Assembly: GCA_016839785.1 (NCBI GenBank)
Contig: JAEOTQ010000176.1
Location: 1-18,215, forward strand
Length of the DNA stretch: 18,215 nt
DNA from: Candidatus Hodarchaeota archaeon
GTDB lineage: Archaea > Asgardarchaeota > Heimdallarchaeia > Hodarchaeales > Hodarchaeaceae
Direction of reading: 5' to 3'
The position numbers and the translations under genes are program-made. Shown in pieces: positions 7,249 to 15,701 of this stretch (within the stretch, counting starts at the first letter, position 1; each line of letters opens with the position of its first letter). The notes under the pieces were generated by a model. It made no database searches, had not been told where the DNA came from, and saw only the letters and a list, made by a program, of their open reading frames with translations.

Positions 7249-10200
7249 TTGAAGACATTAGTTCAACAGAGGGAATCTCTGTTGACGAATTCTCTCCGCC
7301 TGATATAAGAAATTGGGAAGTTCAGATTCGAATATTAGTTCGGATTGCGTCTTTCTCCTTCTTACTACTTCTCTTAATGAAAGTATTCGAAAACAATCTA
7401 CCTTTCTTTCCAGAAATTTCAGCTGGAGTTATTTTCTTCCTCTTAGGGATCTTTATAATTGGTTTATTTATAGGGTTTTTACAATTACGTTATATAAATG
7501 TTAAACGGAATAAATTAACCAATATTGGTGGATTTATTGGATTTACAGGATTATTTTTGACTGGAATTCCATGTAGTTGTGAATTGGTATTGGAAGGTTT
7601 CTTTTCTTCACCAATTTTCGATATTTTACTAATCTCTGGGATTTTACTGACAACTCTCGGTTTTTTTGCTGAAGCTACTCAACTCGATGAAACATTCCTT
7701 TACATTATTCGAGTGAACTTCGAATCAATAATTCGCTACTCTGTGACGTTTATCGGAGCATTCCTCTTCAATCTGGGTATACTCGTCGTTTTAGCTACAC
7801 AAAATGAGTGGATGATAACGATATGGCCACAAGGAATAGCTGGAGAATGGGGAATTCTTTTAGGGATAGTAATTGTGTGGGGTGCCTGGTTTAATCACAT
7901 AAACCGCTTAATATGGAATAATCGTGTTCTGATCTTTAGAACGATTGAACTAAGTATCAGTCAAACTCTAGTGTTGGCAGTAGTTGCAATTCCAATATTC
8001 AATATTATGTTTGAGCAAAATCTAACTCTGGGTATTTTTCTTACAGTTATTTTTCTTGGTTTTATAGGCATCAGCATTTTATATGCAGATTTGTATTTCT
8101 TTGGAGTTCCAGAAAGACTTCGTGAATTTGGCCAGAAATTCATGCCAGTAATTCAATTAATAGTATTAGTAAGCGCTGCTTTTCTATTTGGGATTGGATT
8201 TTTGTACCCTGAATCTTTCCTACTAGATTTGAATAATCAGATAATGATTCTAGGATTTCGTGTATACTACATGGGAATTGGAATCCTTTTAGCCTATCGA
8301 ATGTGGTTTAGGACGATAAATAACTTCTTTATTCAAACGGTCAGATTTCTCCGACAATATTATCGCGAAATTATTACTGTTGGAGCAACTATTCCCCTTA
8401 TGGTTGGTGTGGTAGGCTTTCCTATTACCCAAGGTCATTCCTTTGAGAATTATCTGATTCCGATAGTCGCCTTAATCGCGAGCTACTTGATTGGAGTAGG
8501 TATATGGTATTTCCCAAAGCATCAGCACTCCAGAGGGATTAACACAGCTTGGAGTGGTGTTTTGATATTTTGGAGCTTAAGTGTGCTTCTCTTCTCCTTG
8601 GGCCACCAACCTGAGTTTTTTAGTTTTCCTTCAAATCTGAGTATATTAATTCCTGGGATCTTTGTGGTGTTTTATTTAGGGATGGATTCTTACTTATGGA
8701 GAAAGGAAATATTTCGTATTTTTCAGCAGATCTGGAACTTCGTTAAAACAAATTACAGGGAACTTGTTACAGTTGTGGGTATCGGATTCATGGCAGCTGG
8801 TTCTGTACTCTTTAGTTTCTATGGGTTTCTTGAAGTTACATCTCCTTTCAATCCTATAGCTGTGATTTTCCTCTTATGTGGTTTTGTTCTAATCGTATCT
8901 ATCTGGCGGTTTCCGACACATCCTAATTTTCGCGGGGTCACCTCCACTCTGAACGTATTTATCTTTCTTTGGGGGGGAATTATATGGAATTGGAGGTTTG
9001 ACATGTGGTCATCAATTATTTCCTTCTTTTATATGGGAATTGCGGGTGTGTTCTCTGCTTATCTGTGGCAAGAAGAAGCATTTCTGCTTCTACGTCGAAT
9101 TACTGGAGCAGTAAAGCAATTTGTAGTCACCTTTTATCGCCAATTAGTTACTATGATTGGTTTGAGTTCAATGTTTGTGAGCTACCTATTATGGAACGAG
9201 TTCGCTGTTCTTATCTTTTATCTTAGTTATCTCTTGACTGTGATAATTTGGCATATTCCCACGCGTCATAGAAATTTCCGGGGGATTGCTACTACTTTGA
9301 GCGTGATCGTCTTCTTTACTGGTTTATTCAAGGGAAATTGGATCATAGATTTCTCACGCTCCGAATTTGTCTGGCCCTCTATAATCTTAATTTTCTACAC
9401 AGGAACTGCTAGTGTGTTATCAGCTTATTTATGGCGTACAGAAGTGTTCCTACTTTTCCGTCGAACAGTTGACGTAATTATACAGTTCTTATTGACTTAT
9501 TATCGTCAATTAGTAACCGTAATTGGTCTGAGTTTGATGGTTATCGGGACATTAAATTGGGATGGTATGCTTGCTGCTCCTCTCTTTTCTGTTGGTTACC
9601 TCTTAACTACGGGAATTTGGCATTTTCCCACACGTCATAGATATTTCCGAGGGATAGCTACCACTTTGAGCATTTTTATACTTTTTTGGGGAATAATTCA
9701 GTTTTCTTTGATCGTAGGGACTACTTCTGACTTTTTGGAGGTTCCATTCCTAATTACATACTCTTTTATTGGGATTGGAAGTGCTATACCAATTTTCCTA
9801 TGGCGAGTGGAACTTTGGCAATTAGGGAAACAGATTGCAAAAGCAATTCACCAAGCCTTCATGAGAACAATGCACATAGCCTTCGATTTGATGAAAATCG
9901 TCTGGAATTCAATTAAACAAGCTTTTAGGGCTTTTCTAAAATTTGTTTACGGAGTATTATTATCCATGTACTATTCGATGGGAACGTTGATACAATATAT
10001 TAAATTGAATTTTTGGACTGTTGTACGATACTTTTTCTCCATTACTGGATTTCTAATGATATTCGTTGGGGTAATATTCCAAACAAGGTATTTTGCTAAT
10101 ACAGAATTAGGTATTATATTAATAATTAGTGGTTTCCTCTTTATATGTGGTGCCTGGTGGGAGAATTCGATTCAAATCCTAAGAGTTATTGGGAACTCAT

Positions 10201-11669
10201 TACTGAACTTCATAATAACCATTAGAGACAATGTCATTCAAGTAGGAAAATACCTCTGGGCAAAATTTTTAGGTCTTATTGAGTTCGGAAGAATCTATAT
10301 TGAACCAATTATCAGGATTTCAGCAACCCTATTAGGCGGTTTTCTCGTTTTACTTGGTATACTAGGGGGATCTTTTGAATTCTTTACTATCGACATACCA
10401 TCAGAACTTTTTATAATAGTAGGTTTTATTATTCTGTTCTTAACCTGGCGTACTCAGATTATTAGTAGTTTTAAAAGTATGGCTAATACTTTGTGGAATC
10501 TATTTATCGGAGGTCTTCGTTATCTCTGGGAAGCTGCAGTCGGAGTAAAAAATGCGATCATAAATGCTGGATTAGCAGTAAAGGTTTTTTTCCAAACTTA
10601 TTATCCTTTACTCATTCGATATTGTATCTTTTTCCTAGGCCTTATTCTCATGGCAGTGGCTTTTCAACCCTGGGTAATTGAAACATTCGATATTCTCCCC
10701 TTTATCCTTTTCATGATAGGTTATTTTTCATCCTTCTTTGCTTGGTATCGTCATGCCTATTTCAGAGGAATTGGAACTGTATTGAGTACTTATGTATCTC
10801 TAATTGGATTATATCAAGTTCGATACTCTGCTGATCCTATCTCTTGGATCGTAGTAGTTATTGGAATAGCTGCCAATGGCATTCTTTGGCGCAATGAGCT
10901 GTTATCCATCCTACGGCAGAGTTGGAACGCACTCATTGACTACATTGTAGAAACTGCTAGAGCCATCAAAAAGGCAATCAGTGATTTTCTTGACCATCTG
11001 TGGAGTCTTCGTTGGAACATACTGGGTACTACTGGAATAATTCTCGATTTATACAGTATTTATCTACTTATTTCCTCATCAACGAGAATTTTTGGGTTCT
11101 TTTTGCTATTAGTAGGCTCTGTCCTCATTGGTGTTGCTTGGAATAAAGAAATCTTGAATTTCCTAAGACAGTGTATTAACTTATTATCAAAAGCAGTTGC
11201 AGAACTATTAAACTTTGCATCTCGAATATGGGACCAATTTAAACGCTTTACTCGCTCAATTTATGACTCAACATTCATCCTCTTATTCGTGACACTGGGA
11301 ATTCTGGCGTGCGGATATGGATTAATCTTAGTCATTTCAGGGATCTTTGATCCGAAGGGTGCTTGGACAACAGGTATACGTAATATCCCTATAGTGGGTA
11401 ATATTATTTGGCTTATCGCATCATTCGCCCAAGGTAGACCATTTGATCTTGACGGGGTTACAAATTTACTCGGAGCATGGGATGCTTTTCCTGAAATTGT
11501 ACTAATATTGTTGGGCAGTGCGATAATATTCTTCGGGGTACTGATTACATTTGTTAGTTATATTAAAAGAGAAGATATCAAAGTAAATAAAGTAAAACGA
11601 CGATTTAGCAGCTCTACCTCAACAGGACGACAAATTGACTATAAAAATATGGAGGGTAAAAAACAATGA
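7245..11669 (+). CDS. Very large polytopic membrane protein with internal tandem repeats, function unknown
   Basis: 1474-aa uninterrupted ORF with many short TM hairpins separated by amphipathic helices. ATGA overlap with both neighbours (7245-7248 and 11666-11669); GGAG-rich SD upstream. Confidence 0.88.
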   Translation: MIEDISSTEGISVDEFSPPDIRNWEVQIRILVRIASFSFLLLLLMKVFENNLPFFPEISAGVIFFLLGIFIIGLFIGFLQLRYINVKRNKLTNIGGFIGFTGLFLTGIPCSCELVLEGFFSSPIFDILLISGILLTTLGFFAEATQLDETFLYIIRVNFESIIRYSVTFIGAFLFNLGILVVLATQNEWMITIWPQGIAGEWGILLGIVIVWGAWFNHINRLIWNNRVLIFRTIELSISQTLVLAVVAIPIFNIMFEQNLTLGIFLTVIFLGFIGISILYADLYFFGVPERLREFGQKFMPVIQLIVLVSAAFLFGIGFLYPESFLLDLNNQIMILGFRVYYMGIGILLAYRMWFRTINNFFIQTVRFLRQYYREIITVGATIPLMVGVVGFPITQGHSFENYLIPIVALIASYLIGVGIWYFPKHQHSRGINTAWSGVLIFWSLSVLLFSLGHQPEFFSFPSNLSILIPGIFVVFYLGMDSYLWRKEIFRIFQQIWNFVKTNYRELVTVVGIGFMAAGSVLFSFYGFLEVTSPFNPIAVIFLLCGFVLIVSIWRFPTHPNFRGVTSTLNVFIFLWGGIIWNWRFDMWSSIISFFYMGIAGVFSAYLWQEEAFLLLRRITGAVKQFVVTFYRQLVTMIGLSSMFVSYLLWNEFAVLIFYLSYLLTVIIWHIPTRHRNFRGIATTLSVIVFFTGLFKGNWIIDFSRSEFVWPSIILIFYTGTASVLSAYLWRTEVFLLFRRTVDVIIQFLLTYYRQLVTVIGLSLMVIGTLNWDGMLAAPLFSVGYLLTTGIWHFPTRHRYFRGIATTLSIFILFWGIIQFSLIVGTTSDFLEVPFLITYSFIGIGSAIPIFLWRVELWQLGKQIAKAIHQAFMRTMHIAFDLMKIVWNSIKQAFRAFLKFVYGVLLSMYYSMGTLIQYIKLNFWTVVRYFFSITGFLMIFVGVIFQTRYFANTELGIILIISGFLFICGAWWENSIQILRVIGNSLLNFIITIRDNVIQVGKYLWAKFLGLIEFGRIYIEPIIRISATLLGGFLVLLGILGGSFEFFTIDIPSELFIIVGFIILFLTWRTQIISSFKSMANTLWNLFIGGLRYLWEAAVGVKNAIINAGLAVKVFFQTYYPLLIRYCIFFLGLILMAVAFQPWVIETFDILPFILFMIGYFSSFFAWYRHAYFRGIGTVLSTYVSLIGLYQVRYSADPISWIVVVIGIAANGILWRNELLSILRQSWNALIDYIVETARAIKKAISDFLDHLWSLRWNILGTTGIILDLYSIYLLISSSTRIFGFFLLLVGSVLIGVAWNKEILNFLRQCINLLSKAVAELLNFASRIWDQFKRFTRSIYDSTFILLFVTLGILACGYGLILVISGIFDPKGAWTTGIRNIPIVGNIIWLIASFAQGRPFDLDGVTNLLGAWDAFPEIVLILLGSAIIFFGVLITFVSYIKREDIKVNKVKRRFSSSTSTGRQIDYKNMEGKKQ
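8358..9815 (+). repeat. Four tandem ~122-131-aa intragenic repeats (units start at about 8358, 8751, 9132 and 9498); degenerate fifth copy at about 10599-10900
   Basis: Each unit reads YR(E/Q)(L/I)(V/I)T, TM pair, IW.(F/I)P...H...RG(I/V)..., TM pair, LW(R/Q).E, amphipathic helix. DNA 9227-9302 versus 9596-9671 matches at 64 of 76 positions by manual count. Confidence 0.9.
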
Positions 11670-12793
11670 AAAAAGAAAGGTCAATATTCACAAAACAGAA
11701 AGTTTCGGAAACACCTCTTGAATCTGACCACATGAATCTATCGAAATTTCAAAAGGATTCTCGAGGGGATTCAGTGCGAGATTCACAGATAAAATTATCA
11801 AGACTTATCTCAAGAAGAACCATGATAATTGGGGTAGGTTCATTTACTACAGCTTTACTGATTATTATCATTTTATCATTAGGAGAAGATCGATTAGGGA
11901 TTGATAGGATATCTGTTGGATTAATTCTTCTTGTTTTTCTATCTACAGTTCTTAGCTTGGTAATTGATATACTTAGGGGAAGGAATTTTGCAGAATGGAG
12001 TGCTCTTGGTGCTATTATTAGTTATTTCGGGATATTTTTAATTTTCATACCTCTGCTTGTCTATGTAATTTTCCCAGCAGGGATTACTGATGTCTTAGTT
12101 TATGTAACAGAACTATTTGGGATCGTCCTTCTGGTCATAGGGGTAACTTTACGGTGGACAGAATATGATGAAAGGTTAGTAAATTTAGTAACGATCGCCA
12201 TAGGTTATTGGAAAAATTATCAGAAAAGAGAAGCGATTAAAACTTTTTTCATAACAATCGGGACATTTGGTTTGGGGATATTTAAAGCAATAATAGGAGG
12301 TCTTCGTCGTCTTCCAAGTAGATTTCTGGCTTTTCTCAAAATCGTAGGAAAATTCTTTGTAGAGTACGGAATCGTTACAATTAACCAACTGTTAACTGCA
12401 ATTACACGCATATCCAAAACTTTGTGGAATCATGTCCACTGGATTGGATTGCTAGCTATTCTACCATACTTGTGGTTCACAAACTATTCTACATATCAAA
12501 ATATCGAATTATTGATAATAATGGGTTTCTTTTTTTCACTTGGGGTTCTATTTACATATTCAGAAAAATCAGTAAAGGCTATATCAACCACCAGAGATTT
12601 TGTTGTGAAGGGGATCATCAGTGCATATTCGATGTTGTCAGGCTCTAGGATTAAACCTGAAGAAGCGATTTTTTGTTCTCGTTGCTTAAGAGGAGTTCAT
12701 GAAATTGAGTATGAGGAGCTCAAGTATGTTGAGCAAAAACAAATCCCTGAATGTCCTTATTGTGGATATGAAAATTGGATTAGTGTGAGTTGA
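11666..12793 (+). CDS. Membrane protein with C-terminal C4 zinc ribbon; partial paralogue of the upstream 1474-aa protein
   Basis: About 6 TM segments plus a long amphipathic stretch. CSRC-x22-CPYC at 12674-12763. ATGA overlap with the upstream gene and GGAGG SD at 11651-11655. Confidence 0.85.
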   Translation: MKKERSIFTKQKVSETPLESDHMNLSKFQKDSRGDSVRDSQIKLSRLISRRTMIIGVGSFTTALLIIIILSLGEDRLGIDRISVGLILLVFLSTVLSLVIDILRGRNFAEWSALGAIISYFGIFLIFIPLLVYVIFPAGITDVLVYVTELFGIVLLVIGVTLRWTEYDERLVNLVTIAIGYWKNYQKREAIKTFFITIGTFGLGIFKAIIGGLRRLPSRFLAFLKIVGKFFVEYGIVTINQLLTAITRISKTLWNHVHWIGLLAILPYLWFTNYSTYQNIELLIIMGFFFSLGVLFTYSEKSVKAISTTRDFVVKGIISAYSMLSGSRIKPEEAIFCSRCLRGVHEIEYEELKYVEQKQIPECPYCGYENWISVS

Positions 12794-13043
12794 AATTCTA
12801 AATATATGAAAATCTTCAATTGGGAATAAAAAAACTGGAGAGTTGATATAATTGAAGTCCAGCTATAGCTACTCTTCCCAATCTAAATGAATTTCTTTTT
12901 AATGACGAAAGATGACAAAGGGTCCTTAGTAAGATGCTAGTATTACCAATTATGCAAAAGAATAACTGAAACGAAGCAAATGTATTTTAAATCAAGTGAA
13001 GGAACTAAGCATTGCTCGTAATATATTTTGATTGGGGCTTTGA

Positions 13044-14141
13044 ATGATCCTCACATTTGATTTAATTGTAACTTTGACAATTGCTATTTTGTGTGTATCT
13101 GTTGAAATTGTAATTGCCATTAGTCTATCAAAGCGTTGGATAAAATATAATGCTAAGACCCTATCCTTGTTTTTACTGGCATTAATATCCTTACTTCTCG
13201 CTGATGGATCAGGTCTTATAGCAATGTTTATTACAGATGCATCATTCCTGATTCCTATTTACAAATTCTCATTAGTAGGCTCTATGATTTCTGTATGCTT
13301 TTTATTATATTTTTTCGAAGCTTTTGAGTTTGATACCATCTTCACATGGAAGCAAATGGTCCATACACTATTTTTAGGAGGAACCATGGTTGCAATCCTA
13401 CTAGGTGACTTCGGTACTACTTTTCATTCAGATTTAGACATATTAACGGTATCACTAGACCCTCTAACAGAGTTTCTCACCTTTTTCTTGCCAGGGATGG
13501 GTAGCTTATTGATTATTCTAAGCCTCTGGAAGGGGTATAACGATGCCTGGGCAATACAAAAGAAGCAATTGAAGTATATGATAATTGGAATAATTATTGC
13601 TTATATGGTTCCTTTCCTTCTCAAACCAGTTGCGTTATCGTTATCCTCAATGGTTTTCTCCATTTTCTTACGTGCAGATGTAGCTATTGGGTTTATTTTG
13701 TATTTTATCTCTTTTGGAAGTAGGGATAATTTTGCAGTATTCAATCGACATCAAGCCGATCGGATTTTAGTGATTCATGAAACTGGGATTCCACTATTCT
13801 CTTATGACTTCAAAGCAGATGATGAGTCCCTTGATGAAGCGTTATTTGCTGGAGGGATTGTTGCGATTACCTCCTTAATGCAAGAAGCAACTCAATCAAC
13901 TGCTGATATATCTGAGGTCAAATTAGAAGGCAATCAGCTCATCTTGGAACGAAAAAACCAAGTTTTAGCCTTAATTCTTACACCTCAAACAACCTTTTAC
14001 TTGAGAGGAGCTCTTAAGCGTTTCACAACAGGATTCATTCGTGAATTTTCTCAATCTCTTTCATCGATTGGGTATATCGAGTCAAATATATATGCTAAAG
14101 GCGGAAAACGCTTAGTTTATGAAAGCTTCGGTGTAGAATAG
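13044..14141 (+). CDS. Seven-TM membrane protein fused to a C-terminal longin-like domain
   Basis: Seven hydrophobic helices in residues ~1-225. Then ILVIHETGIPLFSYDF...DEALFAGGIVAITSLMQE...ISEVKLEGNQLILE...VLALIL...LRGALKRFTTGFIREF (13752-14138), the characteristic Asgard longin pattern. Confidence 0.82.
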   Translation: MILTFDLIVTLTIAILCVSVEIVIAISLSKRWIKYNAKTLSLFLLALISLLLADGSGLIAMFITDASFLIPIYKFSLVGSMISVCFLLYFFEAFEFDTIFTWKQMVHTLFLGGTMVAILLGDFGTTFHSDLDILTVSLDPLTEFLTFFLPGMGSLLIILSLWKGYNDAWAIQKKQLKYMIIGIIIAYMVPFLLKPVALSLSSMVFSIFLRADVAIGFILYFISFGSRDNFAVFNRHQADRILVIHETGIPLFSYDFKADDESLDEALFAGGIVAITSLMQEATQSTADISEVKLEGNQLILERKNQVLALILTPQTTFYLRGALKRFTTGFIREFSQSLSSIGYIESNIYAKGGKRLVYESFGVE

Positions 14142-14193
14142 TTCAAAATGCATGAACTCTTGTTATCAGTGAATTTTCTATGAGGAATGTGAA

Positions 14194-14964
14194 TTGGTAC
14201 TACCAGGAATTACTCGCGATCAAATGATTCAAGTAGATCGAGAGATGATAAAACGTGGTATCACGCTTCCTCTAATGATGGAAAATGCTGGTTTAAATCT
14301 TGCACGTCTTGTTTATCTTATGACTCCTGTTGACGCCTCCTACACGATAATAGCAGGTTCAGGAGGAAATGGTGGAGGGGGGATAGTTGCAGCAAGAAGA
14401 CTAGCCGCATGGGGCCGAGAAGTGCAAGTTTTTCTTCCCAAGGGCCGGAGAAAACTGAATAAAATCTTAGAAGCTCAACTTTTAAGAGCTAAACTAGTAG
14501 GTGTTGCTATTTCTGATGGTTTACCAGAGTTGGATGCCAAACCATCGACCATTCTAGATTGTTATCTTGGATATAGTTTTGAATATCGAGAGAATGATCT
14601 TACAGAACAGGTCTTTACTTTTTTACGAAAAAACGCCTCTGTTATTTCATTGGATTGCCCATCAGGTATAGATATCACAACAGGTGAAAATTTCAGTCAT
14701 TTTCAACCGTTGGCAACATTAACGATAGCTTTTGTAAAAACTGGATTATTAAATTTACAACCCGAGTATTTGGGAGATTTTTATGTTATAGATATTGGAG
14801 TTCCTGTCGAGATATATCGTTCTGAGCTGGGAATAGATTGGGAACCACCATATGACCCAAATGACCTGAATAAATTGTCCAAGTCATTCGTACAAGATCC
14901 AATTCAAAATATTAGAGTATGGAGAGATTCGAGCTCTAGCAAAATCGGATGGGGAACCATCTAG
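14194..14964 (+). CDS. nnrE: Stand-alone NAD(P)H-hydrate epimerase (YjeF N-terminal domain)
   Basis: M..VD, LMMENAG, GSGGNGGGGIVAARRL, ILD..LGYS, ISLDCPSG, ATLT....K.GL and DIGVP. No fused NnrD/YjeF-C domain. TTG start preceded by GAGGA. Confidence 0.88.
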   Translation: MVLPGITRDQMIQVDREMIKRGITLPLMMENAGLNLARLVYLMTPVDASYTIIAGSGGNGGGGIVAARRLAAWGREVQVFLPKGRRKLNKILEAQLLRAKLVGVAISDGLPELDAKPSTILDCYLGYSFEYRENDLTEQVFTFLRKNASVISLDCPSGIDITTGENFSHFQPLATLTIAFVKTGLLNLQPEYLGDFYVIDIGVPVEIYRSELGIDWEPPYDPNDLNKLSKSFVQDPIQNIRVWRDSSSSKIGWGTI

Positions 14965-14998
14965 CTTAGGTAAACTATGTTATCGGTCGTCTAGATAT

Positions 14999-15550
14999 CT
15001 ATGTTTTTAAAATTCCTTGTCTCTTCAAAACTTCTTTGGTAATCACCGAAAAACATTCATGAATATTCTGATTCAAGTATGCAGAGGTCTCTAAATATTT
15101 CACAGGCTGAAAATCTGGGATAACCGTGTCCTCCAGAACACCATAGTCTATTCGGATCATATCTTCAATATCAGATTTGTTCCCAATAAGGACAATAGGA
15201 ATCTTATTTTTTCCTAGTCTTTCATCGATTTGATCTTTCCATTCATATAACTCGTCTAGTGAGTCAGGACGTGTTAAATCAAAAACCAGCAATGCACCAC
15301 TTGCTTTTCGGAAAAAAACTTCCCTCAGCGTCTGGAATCGCTCTTGTCCCGCAACGTCAAATAGAATTAGATTTACTAAAAATCCATTTACCTGTAGCTT
15401 GCGATTTGAGGGTTCCATACCCACCGTTAGCAAATAATTAAAATCAAATTTATTATCAACGAATCTGCGTACAATACTAGTTTTTCCTACAGCTCCAGTA
15501 CCGCATACAATGATTTTCATATGATATTTTGCTTTCTCTGTATAGTCCAT
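14999..15550 (-). CDS. Rab-like small GTPase (Ras superfamily)
   Basis: G1 GTGAVGKTS, G2 LLTVG, G3 DVAGQE, G4 NKSD, G5 ETSA. Rab-like segments RFQTL, FFRKA and LVFDLT. No C-terminal Cys prenylation motif. Confidence 0.95.
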   Translation of the reverse strand: MDYTEKAKYHMKIIVCGTGAVGKTSIVRRFVDNKFDFNYLLTVGMEPSNRKLQVNGFLVNLILFDVAGQERFQTLREVFFRKASGALLVFDLTRPDSLDELYEWKDQIDERLGKNKIPIVLIGNKSDIEDMIRIDYGVLEDTVIPDFQPVKYLETSAYLNQNIHECFSVITKEVLKRQGILKT

Positions 15551-15701
15551 GTAAGATCACTCTCTAATGTTTTGTTATACAAGAAGGTAACATTTCAATA
15601 AAGAAGCAAGACATATAGCTTTATGAGTCAGATAAAATAAAAGGTTAATCATATAAAATCTCATAAGGTTTTTTCTAATTATTCACAAGGATTGAAGAAA
15701 G

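Noticed and set aside
9227-9671. Near-identical DNA pair as a diversity-generating retroelement TR/VR
   Set aside because: Mismatches are not adenine-specific (several T/C and a T/G), both copies are in-frame coding repeats, and there is no reverse transcriptase in the window.
9804-11270. Trp/aromatic-periodic helical stretches resembling a phage tail tape-measure protein
   Set aside because: They are interleaved with many TM hairpins, and there are no phage structural, terminase or integrase genes nearby.
12901-12940. ATGA...AAA...GA arrangement reminiscent of a eukaryote/Asgard-type SECIS element
   Set aside because: The helix between the putative core motifs pairs poorly, and no nearby gene has an in-frame TGA at a plausible Cys-equivalent position.
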